From Gemmatimonadales bacterium (GTDB lineage: Bacteria > Gemmatimonadota > Gemmatimonadetes > Palauibacterales > Palauibacteraceae): a stretch of 43,932 bases of DNA. How positions within the stretch are numbered: position 1 is the first letter of the stretch; every line of letters begins with the position of its first letter. Under the pieces are notes generated by a model. That model was not told where the DNA came from. It did not search any database and saw only the letters and a list, made by a program, of their open reading frames with translations. A program made the translations under genes and the position numbers. Below are positions 1-8,856 of the stretch, one piece after another. The stretch spans positions 1-43,932 of the forward strand of contig DAOVWI010000003.1 in assembly GCA_030636765.1 (NCBI GenBank). Reading direction: 5' to 3'.

Positions 1-582
1 GAGGAAGAGGTCGACTCCACCGTCGGCCTCGTCGACGCCGTCACCGCCTCGTGCTCGGTGCCGACCTTCTATCCGCCGGTCAAGATCGGCGACGCCTACT
101 ACGTGGATGGAGGCGTTCTGGACACGTTCGCGCTGCGCCGGGCCGCCGAGCTCGGCGCGACGCGGATTATCGCCGTGGACGCCACGCGGGACGGGACGGG
201 GGAGGACCCGGAGGGCACGATCAAGGAGGGGATGCTGGCGATCAACGAGCGCGTGTTCGGAATCGTGGCAGGGGCGCGCCGGCGCTCCTTGCTCGAAGAG
301 TGGTCGGACCCGCCGCTGACGCTCATCCGGCCGGCTGCCTCCGCCATCCCGGCGTTCGATTTCGGCTTCAACGACTACCTGGTGGACGAGGGGTACCGGG
401 CGACCCACGAGGCCCTGGCTGGGGCTGCCGCCGCAGAGCCCGCCGGCGCCGCGACGGAGGAATCTTCCACCGCGGCCAAGTCCACTGGTGCCGAGCTGGC
501 CGCCACCGCAGCCGACCCCGCCACTGCGGCCGAATCGACGGCTGCCCCCGGCTCCGAATCGGGCGCCCTCCAGGCCTCCTGA
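1..582 (+). CDS. Patatin-like phospholipase, C-terminal part (5' end outside window)
   Basis: Frame is open from base 1: EEEVDSTVGLVDAVTASCSVPTFYPPVKIGDAYYVDGG. This matches the patatin ASxxxPxxF/YxPV motif and catalytic DGG. Ala/Ser/Thr-rich low-complexity tail. Confidence 0.8.
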   Translation, partial: EEEVDSTVGLVDAVTASCSVPTFYPPVKIGDAYYVDGGVLDTFALRRAAELGATRIIAVDATRDGTGEDPEGTIKEGMLAINERVFGIVAGARRRSLLEEWSDPPLTLIRPAASAIPAFDFGFNDYLVDEGYRATHEALAGAAAAEPAGAATEESSTAAKSTGAELAATAADPATAAESTAAPGSESGALQAS

Positions 583-612
583 ACTCTCGCTCCAGGCCGC
601 GCTTCCCGCAGC

Positions 613-654
613 CTTGACACTGTTAACTTAACGATGTTATCTTAACGGTGTTAA
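613..654 (+). promoter_or_regulatory. Sigma70-type promoter overlaid by three tandem 14-bp palindromic operators (consensus CTTAAC-N3-GTTAA)
   Basis: TTGACA at 614-619 and TG-n-TATCTT at 635-643. Repeats are CTTGACACTGTTAA (613-626), CTTAACGATGTTAT (627-640) and CTTAACGGTGTTAA (641-654). AT-rich island directly upstream of a TetR gene. Confidence 0.8.
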
Positions 655-772
655 TCGACCGCCTCCGTTGGGAAACCAACGGCGTGGCGGGCACGTACTC
701 TTAGGTACGGCCACGGACCGATCGCGGCCCGAATCCGATCCGAGTCCGGGCCAAGGAACCGGCGGGAGAGCC

Positions 773-1495
773 ATGCCCAAAGTAGCCGACCCACAGCGCG
801 CTGCGGAGACCGAGGCGACGATCATCGAGGCCGCCAAGAACATCCTGGCGGAGAACGGTCTGGAGGCGTTGTCGATGCGGGCGGTCGGCGCCCGCGTCGG
901 GCTCAGCGCCACGGCGCTTTACAACTACTTCGAGAACAAGCAGGCGCTGGTCGATCGAGTCGTGGCCCGCGGCTTCCGCCGTTTCGAGAGCTACCTGTGG
1001 AGCGCCGTGGAGAGCATTCCGGCGGGCCGACTCGAGCGCGTACGAGCGCTCGGCGCGGCGTACATCCGGTTCGCGATGGAGAACGAGCAGTACTTCAAGA
1101 TCATGTTCACGATCCAGCCCGAGGATCCGAGGGAGATCGAGGAGCTGCCAGGGCAGGGGGGGCGCCGGATCCTTCGGGACAGCGTGGCGGATGCGATCGC
1201 CGCCGGCGAGATCCGGGAGGCCGATCCCGATCTGGTCACCCTCTATCTGTGGTCGAGCGTGCACGGCCTGGCGACGCTCTCGCTCGCGTGCGACTTCACC
1301 GGTGAGTGCCTGTGCGGCGATCACGAATGGGCCAGGGACGGCCTCACCGTCGAGGGGCTGTACGACCTGTTCGGCGGCTTCCTCGCGGACGGACTCAAGC
1401 CCCGCGATACGGGGCGGGTTGACGGTGCAGGGAAGAGGCGGATGGACGGAAAGGGAAACGGAAGAGATGCTGAGCATAGAGATGGGACGACGTAG
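773..1495 (+). CDS. TetR/AcrR family transcriptional regulator
   Basis: HTH: IIEAAKNILAENGLEALSMRAVGARVGLSATALYNYFENKQAL; C-terminal WSSVHG. ATG 773 follows GGGAGAG and is preferred to the TTG at 668. Confidence 0.93.
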   Translation: MPKVADPQRAAETEATIIEAAKNILAENGLEALSMRAVGARVGLSATALYNYFENKQALVDRVVARGFRRFESYLWSAVESIPAGRLERVRALGAAYIRFAMENEQYFKIMFTIQPEDPREIEELPGQGGRRILRDSVADAIAAGEIREADPDLVTLYLWSSVHGLATLSLACDFTGECLCGDHEWARDGLTVEGLYDLFGGFLADGLKPRDTGRVDGAGKRRMDGKGNGRDAEHRDGTT

Positions 1496-2579
1496 GGGTG
1501 CCCGCGGGAGAGCGGCGTTTGGGCTGACGGCCGCTCTGGCGGTCTCAGTCTCGGCGGCGGCGTGCGGCGCCGGCCAGGCGGGGGAGCCTGACCAAGCCGC
1601 CGACGAGACGTATCGGCGCACCGTCAACGTGGAGGTCATCGAGGTGCAGCCGTCTCAGTTCTCGACGGCCGTGCGCCTCATCGGGGTTGTCGAGGCCATG
1701 AACGACGTCACGGTGAGCGCCGAGGAAGACGGCGTGATAGAGCGGTTCTTCGTCGAGAAGGGCCAGGTGGTCCGCCGCGGCCAGCCGCTGGCGAAGATCG
1801 ACGATAGGCTCCTGAGGGCTCAGGCGGCGGAGGCCGAGGCCGACGCCAAAGCCGCTCGTGACCGATACGAGCGCAGGCGGCGTCTCTACCAGGAGGAAGG
1901 GATCGGCACGGAGGCCGACTTCGTAGCCGCCGAGGCCGAGGCGGAGGCTGCCGCGGCGCGCGAAGCGGCGCTGCAGGCACGGCTGGATCGCACGACGGTG
2001 CGAGCCCCGATCTCCGGAATCTTCGATGAGCGCTACGTGGATGCCGGCGAGATGGTGGGATCGGGCGATCAGGTCGGGCGCATCATCGACGCCGCCCGGG
2101 TCAAGATCGTGGGCGGTGTTCCCGAGCGGTACGCGGCGGACGTGCGCGTGGGCGGCCGCGCCGAGATCACGCTGGACGTGTACCCCGGGCAGGTGTTCGA
2201 GGGCGAGATCGCGTTCGTTGGCGCCTCGGTCGACCTGCGAAGCCGGACGTTCCTCATCGAGATCCTGCTGGAGAATCCGGGGGGACTGATCAAGCCTCAG
2301 ATGGTCGCCGGCGTTGAGCTCGCGACGCGCACCCTCGAGAACGTGCTCGTCGTGCCCCAGGAGGCGTTGCTGCGCGTGGAGGATGGCTACCAGATCCTCG
2401 TAGTGACCGAGGTTGGGGACGAGCTGCAGGCCGACGTGCGCCGCGCTGTCCTCGGGCCATCGGCCGCGAACCGGGTCGTGATCGAAAGTGGCCTGGAGTC
2501 GGGAGACCGGGTCATCATCCGTGGTCAGGAGCAGGTGGATCCGGGGGACCGCGTCCAGCTGGTCGGCGGGTCGGCCTGA
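1467..2579 (+). CDS. RND efflux periplasmic adaptor (membrane fusion protein)
   Basis: Lipoprotein-like signal (AAAC), VEKGQVVRRGQPLAKID lipoyl half-motif, helical hairpin, TTVRAPISG. Start is 1467 or 1482; the ORF-track start at 1191 overlaps TetR. Confidence 0.92.
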   Translation: MLSIEMGRRRGARGRAAFGLTAALAVSVSAAACGAGQAGEPDQAADETYRRTVNVEVIEVQPSQFSTAVRLIGVVEAMNDVTVSAEEDGVIERFFVEKGQVVRRGQPLAKIDDRLLRAQAAEAEADAKAARDRYERRRRLYQEEGIGTEADFVAAEAEAEAAAAREAALQARLDRTTVRAPISGIFDERYVDAGEMVGSGDQVGRIIDAARVKIVGGVPERYAADVRVGGRAEITLDVYPGQVFEGEIAFVGASVDLRSRTFLIEILLENPGGLIKPQMVAGVELATRTLENVLVVPQEALLRVEDGYQILVVTEVGDELQADVRRAVLGPSAANRVVIESGLESGDRVIIRGQEQVDPGDRVQLVGGSA

Positions 2580-2607
2580 GCCTCCGATGAGCCTGAGCCT
2601 CCGATGA
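2574..2607 (+). repeat. Perfect 17-bp tandem duplication GCCTGAGCCTCCGATGA x2 at the MFP/RND junction
   Basis: Read directly at 2574-2590 and 2591-2607. The first copy contains the MFP stop and the second the RND ATG. Confidence 0.9.
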
Positions 2608-5600
2608 AGATGAAGGGTTTCCGCCTCACCACGCTGGCCGTCGATCATCCCACCAGCGTCCTCGTTCTGACGGCCATCATCATCCTCGCCGGGCTCGTCT
2701 CCTACTTCAGCATTCCGAAGGAGTCCATGCCGGAGATCACCGTGCCCTTCGTCGCGGTGAACACCGTCTACTCCGGCGTGGCGCCGGAGGACATGGAGAC
2801 CCTGATCACGCGGCCGCTGGAGGAGGATCTCAACGAGATCGCCGATGCGGAGGAGATCCAGTCGACGTCGGTCGAGGGCTACTCGAGCATCGTCATCGAG
2901 TTCAGGGCGGGCATGGACATGACCGAGGCGCTCCAGCTCGTTCGGGAGAAGGTGGACATCGCCAAGGCGGATCTTCCCTCGGCGGCCGAGGAGCCGACCA
3001 TCGTCGAGTTCAACCTCTCCGAGTTCCCGATCATGCAGGTGAACGTCTCCGGGGAGTACAGCCTACGCCGGCTGAAGGAGGTCGCGGAGCGTCTGCAGGA
3101 CCGGCTCGAGCTCATTCCCTCGATCCTCGAGGTCACGCTGTCGGGCGGACTGGAGCGCGAGGTGCAGGTGAACGTCGACCTCGCGAAGTTGCAGTTCTAC
3201 AGGCTCGCTTTCGACGACGTGATAGACGCGATCCGGGAAGAGAACCTCACGATCCCGGGCGGGACGATCGACGTCGGCGAGCGGGAGTACCTGGTTCGGG
3301 TGCCGGGCGAGTTCGAGGACACGCGGCTTATCTCGGACATCGTCATCGCGTCGCCGAACGACAGGCCCGTGTACGTCCGGGACGTGGCCGAGGTGGAGTT
3401 CGGCTTCAAGGAGCGGGAGAGCTTCGCGCGCCTGGACGGCAACCCGGTCGTCACGCTTGGCATCGTAAAGCGCACGGGCCAGAACATCATCGAGACCTCG
3501 GACGCGGTGAAGCGTGTCATCCAGGAGGCGCAGGCGAGCTTCCCGCCGACGACGGTCGTGAAGATCACCTCCGACCAGTCGGAGGACATCCGAAGGATGG
3601 TGTCGAACCTGGAGAACAACATCATCTCCGGGCTGATCCTGGTGGTGGCGGTCCTGCTCTTCTTCCTCGGCATCGCGAACGCGTCGTTCGTCGGCATCGC
3701 GATACCGCTCTCGATGCTGCTCTCCTTCAGCATTATGCAGCTCATCGGTTTCACGATGAACATGGTGGTGCTCTTCAGCCTCATCCTGGCGCTCGGGATG
3801 CTGGTGGACAACGCGATCGTCGTCGTCGAGAACATCTTTCGCTTCCTGGAGCAGGGATACGACCGGAAGGAGGCGGCGAAGCTGGCCACCGCGGAGGTCG
3901 CCATGCCGGTAATCGCCGCGACGGCTACGACCCTGGCGGCGTTCGCTCCGATGGCGTTCTGGCCCGGCCTGATCGGGGAGTTCATGGCGTACCTGCCCCT
4001 CACCCTGATCATCACGCTGAGCGCCTCGCTCTTCGTGGCGCTCGTCGTCAACCCGACGATCTGTTCGCTCTTCATGCGACTGGACGGCGATCGGGCGCCG
4101 GGCCTCACACCCGCGGCCCGCTGGTCGCTGATCGGTCTTGGCGCGCTCTCGTTTGCGGTCGTGTTCGCCATGCGGCCGCTCACGGCGGTGCTGCTGGCCC
4201 TGATGGCGGGGCTGCTTTGGGCCTTGCATCGCTGGGCTCTGTATCCGGCCGGAGGTTGGTTCCAGCACACGGCGCTCCCCACCGTGCTCCGGCGCTACGA
4301 GCGGTTCCTCCGCTGGGCGCTGGCGCACCGGGCGCGGGTGATGGGCGCGACCGCCGGGGTCCTGGTCGCTTCGGTATGGGCGTTCGCGGCGTTCAACGCG
4401 GGGATCGAGTTCTTTCCCGAGGACATCCCTCCCGAGACCGTGTACGTCCAGATCGAGATGCCGCCCGGAACGCGGGCCGAGGCCACCGACCAGGTCGTCC
4501 GCCGGATCGAGCGGGAGCTGGCCGCGCTCCCGACCCAGGCGGACTTCCAATCGGTCGTCGCCACGGTCGGGTCGAGCGGGGACGGCGGCTCCCGCTCGGG
4601 CGCGAACGAGGGAACGGTGGCGGTGAACTTCGTCGATTTCGAGCTGCGCGAGCGGGATTCTTTCGAGACGCTCGAGCTGATGCGCGGCACGGTCGGGAGG
4701 CGGATCGCCGGAGCGGAGATAACGGTCGAGAAGCCGCAGGATGGACCGGGGTCGGGCCCGCCGGTCAGCGTCGAGATCGCCGGCGAGGATGACGAGGTGC
4801 TGAAGCGGTTGGCGGATGAGGCGTACCGGACCCTCGCCAACGCGCCCGTGGCCCGGAAGCTGGAGGGGCTCGACAGTGACATCGCGGATGCGCGGCCGGA
4901 GCTGCGCATCGAGGTGGACCGCGAGCGGGCAAGGCTGTTCGACCTGAGCACGGCGGAGATCGGAGCGACGGTGCGGAGCGCGATCAACGGCACCGAGGTC
5001 TCCGAGTTCCGATTCGGAGAGGAGGAGTACGACATCGTCGTGCGGCTCGCCCCCCGCTACCGGGAGGACCTGGACGCGCTTGCCGACCTGATGATCGTGA
5101 CCGAGGACGGGGACCAGGTGCCGCTCTCCTCGCTCGCCAACTGGAGGGTGGACGAGAGCTATAGCGGGATCAACCGGAAGAGCCTCGAGCGCGTCGCGAC
5201 GATCTCGGCCGACGTGCGGTCGGCGTACAACGCGAACCGGGTGCTCGAGGAGGTGCGGACCGAGCTCGCCGGCTTCGCGCAGTCCCTGCCGGCGGGCTAT
5301 ACGCTGCAGTACACCGGCCAGCAGGAGGATCAGGCCGAGTCGGAGGCGTTCTTGTTCGGGGCGTTCCTGATCGCGCTGATGCTCATCGCCCTGATCCTGG
5401 TCTCGCAGTTCGACTCGGTGGTCCGGCCGCTCATCATCCTGAGCTCGGTCCTCCTCTCGACGGCGGGGGTGTTGATCGGACTGCTCGTGTTTCGCATGCC
5501 GTTCGGGATCATCATGACCGGTGTCGGCGTGATCAGCCTGGCCGGCATCGTCGTCAACAACGCCATCATCCTGGTGGACTACATCGGGGTCCTGAGGAAG

Positions 5601-6029
5601 AGGGACGGCATCGACGCGCACGAGTCGCTGGTCGTCGGCGGGATGACCCGCTTCCGGCCCGTCACGCTGACGGCGGTCACGACGGTGCTGGGGCTCACGC
5701 CGCTGGCGATCGGGCTCAACTTCGACTTCGCCGGTTTCTTCACGCGCCTCAGCCCGAACCTCTTTTGGGGCGGTGAGCAGGCGGCGTGGTGGGGTCCGAT
5801 GGCGATCGCGGTCATCGCCGGGCTCACCTTCGCGACGTTCCTCACGCTCGTGCTCGTGCCCGTGATGCACTCGCTGACCGACGACCTGACGACGTTCCTC
5901 GACCGGCATCTGCGGCGGAGCGAGCAGGAGTCACCGGACGAGTCGGGCTCATCGGACGAGCGAGGAGCGGGCTCGCGGGAGCCGGAGGTACGGCCGGAGA
6001 AGCGGGAGCCGGAGCTCGTTACGGCTTAG
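2604..6029 (+). CDS. RND efflux transporter permease subunit (AcrB/AcrD/AcrF family)
   Basis: 1141 aa. TM4 motif LGMLVDNAIVVVENI, GIVVNNAIILVD, RFRPVTLT, and two large periplasmic loops. Confidence 0.96.
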   Translation: MKMKGFRLTTLAVDHPTSVLVLTAIIILAGLVSYFSIPKESMPEITVPFVAVNTVYSGVAPEDMETLITRPLEEDLNEIADAEEIQSTSVEGYSSIVIEFRAGMDMTEALQLVREKVDIAKADLPSAAEEPTIVEFNLSEFPIMQVNVSGEYSLRRLKEVAERLQDRLELIPSILEVTLSGGLEREVQVNVDLAKLQFYRLAFDDVIDAIREENLTIPGGTIDVGEREYLVRVPGEFEDTRLISDIVIASPNDRPVYVRDVAEVEFGFKERESFARLDGNPVVTLGIVKRTGQNIIETSDAVKRVIQEAQASFPPTTVVKITSDQSEDIRRMVSNLENNIISGLILVVAVLLFFLGIANASFVGIAIPLSMLLSFSIMQLIGFTMNMVVLFSLILALGMLVDNAIVVVENIFRFLEQGYDRKEAAKLATAEVAMPVIAATATTLAAFAPMAFWPGLIGEFMAYLPLTLIITLSASLFVALVVNPTICSLFMRLDGDRAPGLTPAARWSLIGLGALSFAVVFAMRPLTAVLLALMAGLLWALHRWALYPAGGWFQHTALPTVLRRYERFLRWALAHRARVMGATAGVLVASVWAFAAFNAGIEFFPEDIPPETVYVQIEMPPGTRAEATDQVVRRIERELAALPTQADFQSVVATVGSSGDGGSRSGANEGTVAVNFVDFELRERDSFETLELMRGTVGRRIAGAEITVEKPQDGPGSGPPVSVEIAGEDDEVLKRLADEAYRTLANAPVARKLEGLDSDIADARPELRIEVDRERARLFDLSTAEIGATVRSAINGTEVSEFRFGEEEYDIVVRLAPRYREDLDALADLMIVTEDGDQVPLSSLANWRVDESYSGINRKSLERVATISADVRSAYNANRVLEEVRTELAGFAQSLPAGYTLQYTGQQEDQAESEAFLFGAFLIALMLIALILVSQFDSVVRPLIILSSVLLSTAGVLIGLLVFRMPFGIIMTGVGVISLAGIVVNNAIILVDYIGVLRKRDGIDAHESLVVGGMTRFRPVTLTAVTTVLGLTPLAIGLNFDFAGFFTRLSPNLFWGGEQAAWWGPMAIAVIAGLTFATFLTLVLVPVMHSLTDDLTTFLDRHLRRSEQESPDESGSSDERGAGSREPEVRPEKREPELVTA

Positions 6030-6037
6030 CGCGGACG

Positions 6038-6173
6038 GTCGACCTCTGCACGTAAGGGGAGGGTGGAGGTTCCTCCGCGCGCCCGCAAATCGCTTGCAGC
6101 ACCACAGCTCGCGGGATCCGGGAGCGACTTATGCGCGCTCCGAAATCCTCCGCCTCCCCTGGGAGAGGTCGAC
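6038..6173 (+). repeat. ~136-bp imperfect palindromic element (MITE/REP-like), copy 1
   Basis: Ends GTCGACCTCT...AGAGGTCGAC. Nested pairings GGGGAGGGTGGAGG/CCTCCGCCTCCCC, GCGCGC/GCGCGC and AAATCGCT/AGCGACTT. An inverted second copy lies at 8708-8841. Confidence 0.88.
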
Positions 6174-6365
6174 GTGCGGTGACGGGGAGCACGGTCCGCC
6201 ACGCCCCTCGGCAACCGAGACGCTTGTGGCGGGGCCGTCCTCATCAAGAGGGCTGCTGGTGGGCCGCCAGCAGCAGCCAGTCGGCAAGCCTTCGCGATCT
6301 CCCGGGCGCCCATCTCCGCGTTCGCCCTTCCGGCCAGCCGCTTGACCAGGACCAGGCGGCTCCCG

Positions 6366-6394
6366 TCGACAGAGTGCCCTCCCGTCCGTACGAT
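6366..6394 (+). promoter_or_regulatory. Putative sigma70 promoter of the DUF3604 gene
   Basis: TCGACA (6366-6371), 17-bp spacer, TACGAT (6389-6394), about 60 bp upstream of GAGG plus ATG 6456. Confidence 0.5.
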
Positions 6395-6455
6395 ATCCGA
6401 ACCTCCGTCACAGGATTCCGTCGAACAAGTCTTTTCACTGACAGCCGAGGTCGAA

Positions 6456-8387
6456 ATGACATGCCTGCTGAGACTCGCGGCTATCTCTCTCCTTCTTCTC
6501 ATCGCTGGTCCCGCTTCCGCGCGGTCCCAGGTTCCCCCGCCACCTGACGGTGCCGCGGCGCTGAACGACGTCTACCGGGGCAGCACGTACTCGCCCTACG
6601 CCGGCCGCAACTTCCCGAGCCGCGTGTTCTGGGGCGACACGCATCTGCACACCGCGTTGTCCATCGACGCCGGGGCATTCGGCAACCGGCTGGGACTGGA
6701 CGACGCCTACCGGTTCGCTCGGGGAGACGAGGTGACCACTTCGACCGGACTGAAGGCCCGGTTGTCCCGACCTCTAGACTTTCTGGTGATCGCGGACCAC
6801 TCGGACATGATGGGCTTCTTCCCTGATCTGTTCGCGGGCGCCGATCATATCCTCAGCGACCCGCTCGGCAGGGACTTCTACGATCGGATCCAGGCCGGTG
6901 ACGGTGTCAGCGTGGCGCTGGAGATCATCAGCATGGCCTCGCAAGGGGACCTCCCCGAGTTCATGGAGGTGGGCTACAGCCCCGACTCGAAGCCCTACAG
7001 GAATGCCTGGCAAGCGACCGTGGACGCCGCGGAGGCGTTCGACGATCCTGGCCACTTCACGGCGTTCATCGGCTACGAGTGGACCTCCCTGGTCCGCGGC
7101 AACAACATGCACCGTGTCGTGATCTACCGGGACGGCGGCGACAAAGGGAGCCAGATGGTTCCCTTCACGATGACCCCCCCGGGAAGCACGAATCCTCGTG
7201 ACCTGTGGCGGTGGCTCGAGACGTACGAGGAGCGGACGGGGGGCGAGGTCCTGGCCATCGCGCACAACGGCAACCTGGCCAACGGCATCATGTTCCCACT
7301 CGAGGCCCAGTACGACGGCCGGGTCCTGGACGAGGAGTACGTCACGACGCGCGCGCGTTGGGAACCCCTCTACGAGGTGACCCAGATCAAGGGCGATGGC
7401 GAAACGCATCCCTTCCTCTCGCCCGACGACGAGTTCGCGGACTACGAGACGTGGGACGTCGGCAACCTGGACGTGTCGGAGGCCAAGACCGACAACATGT
7501 TGGCAGGGGAGTACGCCCGCGAAGCCCTCAAGCGGGGACTGGTGATCGAGGACCGCTTCGGCACGAACCCCTATGAGTTCGGGATGATCGGATCCACCGA
7601 CAGCCACACGTCGCTGGCTACTGCCCAGGAGGACAATTTCTTCGGCAAGCACTCCGGCTACGAGCCCAGTCCGGAACGCATGACTCACCCCTTCATGGCG
7701 ACCGCGAGCGGTACGATCTACGCCTGGCAGCAGGTCTCGTCGGGGCTTGCTGCGGTGTGGGCCACGGAGAACACTCGCGAGGCCATCTTTGACGCCATGG
7801 AGCGGAAGGAGGTCTACGCGACCACCGGCTCGCGGCTGGCTGTCCGCTTCTTCGGCGGTTGGGACTACACCGAACAGGATATGAACAGCCGACAGCCGGC
7901 GTTCGCCGGCTACGAAAAGGGCGTGCCAATGGGCGGCACGCTACGCGCCAGGCCTGCCGGCGCGGGAGCACCCACGTTCATGGTCTATTCCCTTCGGGAC
8001 GTCCAGGGCGCCAATCTCGACCGCATCCAAATCATCAAGGGCTGGCTGGGCGACGACGGTCAGACCCACGAAGTGGTCTACGACGTCGCGTGGTCCGGAG
8101 ACCGGCAGCCTGGGTCCGACGGCAGGCTGCCCCCGGTGGGTAACACCGTGGACGTCGAAAACGCCAACTGGACCAACACGATCGGCGCCGCCGAGCTCGG
8201 TACCGTGTGGACCGATCCGGACTTCGATCCGGATCAGAAGGCGTTCTACTACGCCAGAGTCATCGAGATCCCGACGCCCCGGTGGTCGACATACGACGCG
8301 TTCCGCTTCGGAATCGACCTCCCGGAGGGTGCACCGACGTCGACCCAGGAGCGAGCGTATACGTCACCGATTTGGTACGCGCAGTAA
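6456..8387 (+). CDS. DUF3604 domain-containing secreted protein (PHP-like metal-binding fold)
   Basis: Signal peptide ([15 protein letters not shown]). Motifs [57 protein letters not shown] and [11 protein letters not shown], as recalled for DUF3604. Confidence 0.9.
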   Translation: MTCLLRLAAISLLLLIAGPASARSQVPPPPDGAAALNDVYRGSTYSPYAGRNFPSRVFWGDTHLHTALSIDAGAFGNRLGLDDAYRFARGDEVTTSTGLKARLSRPLDFLVIADHSDMMGFFPDLFAGADHILSDPLGRDFYDRIQAGDGVSVALEIISMASQGDLPEFMEVGYSPDSKPYRNAWQATVDAAEAFDDPGHFTAFIGYEWTSLVRGNNMHRVVIYRDGGDKGSQMVPFTMTPPGSTNPRDLWRWLETYEERTGGEVLAIAHNGNLANGIMFPLEAQYDGRVLDEEYVTTRARWEPLYEVTQIKGDGETHPFLSPDDEFADYETWDVGNLDVSEAKTDNMLAGEYAREALKRGLVIEDRFGTNPYEFGMIGSTDSHTSLATAQEDNFFGKHSGYEPSPERMTHPFMATASGTIYAWQQVSSGLAAVWATENTREAIFDAMERKEVYATTGSRLAVRFFGGWDYTEQDMNSRQPAFAGYEKGVPMGGTLRARPAGAGAPTFMVYSLRDVQGANLDRIQIIKGWLGDDGQTHEVVYDVAWSGDRQPGSDGRLPPVGNTVDVENANWTNTIGAAELGTVWTDPDFDPDQKAFYYARVIEIPTPRWSTYDAFRFGIDLPEGAPTSTQERAYTSPIWYAQ

Positions 8388-8440
8388 CCGAACAACCGCC
8401 GAGGCTAGTAGACACAGGTTCCAAGCAGTAAGTAGCGGCA

Positions 8441-8479
8441 AGAGGGCAAAGCCCGCGATTCTCGCGGGCTTTGCCCTCT
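8441..8479. terminator. Perfect 18-bp-stem hairpin, probably a terminator between convergent genes
   Basis: AGAGGGCAAAGCCCGCGA-TTC-TCGCGGGCTTTGCCCTCT, about 54 bp after the DUF3604 stop. Confidence 0.7.
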
Positions 8480-8707
8480 ACAGGGCGAACTTCCTGGGCG
8501 AGGATAGGCGCGATCCGGGCTCTCACGGAAAACACGGAGGTGTGGGACGACGTGCCCACGGCACAAGACGCTGCGGCACAAGCGCTCATTCCCGTCCTGT
8601 CAACTACTGTTATAGTAGATCGATCGCCGTGGCGACGGTCCAAACGACAGGACCGACCCGGTGGCTTCCAGCGGCGCAGTAGACGGCGCGGCTATCCGGC
8701 GCGGTGG

Positions 8708-8841
8708 GTCGACCTCTCTCAGGGAAGGCGGAGGATCCCGGAGCGCGCATAAGTCGCTCCCGGATCCGGCGGGCCGTGGTGATGCAAGCGATTTGCGGGC
8801 GCGCGGAGGAACCTCCGCCTCCCCCACAAGAAAAGGTCGAC
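8708..8841 (-). repeat. ~134-bp imperfect palindromic element, copy 2 (inverted relative to copy 1)
   Basis: The reverse complement of 8708-8816 matches 6065-6173 with 8 mismatches in 109 bp (manual count). Same GTCGACCT...AGGTCGAC termini. Confidence 0.88.
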
Positions 8842-8856
8842 GTACGGACGGTCAGG

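Noticed and set aside
420-582. Repetitive Ala/Thr/Ser tail of the patatin, and the scpB EEPAEA repeats, as functional arrays
   Set aside because: Ordinary low-complexity disordered tails with no spacer structure.
3063-5909. 948-aa minus-strand ORF and similar long ORFs (1545-2648, 31722-33707, 15886-17331, 40913-42058)
   Set aside because: Shadow ORFs of well-supported genes in GC-rich DNA; Arg/Pro/Gly-rich with no family motifs.
6038-6173. Integron attC interpretation of the palindromic elements
   Set aside because: No RYYYAAC/GTTRRRY ends, the copies are inverted rather than direct, and there is no integrase in the window.
6026-6547. Small ORFs across the repeat elements (6026-6502, 6094-6345, 8661-8987) sharing peptide similarity
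   Set aside because: The similarity simply reflects the DNA repeat; no ribosome-binding site, coding bias or family motif.
8742-8769. dif-like site (AGCGCGCATAA resembles the XerC arm GGTGCGCATAA)
   Set aside because: No XerD arm (TTATGTTAAAT-like) follows the 6-bp spacer.
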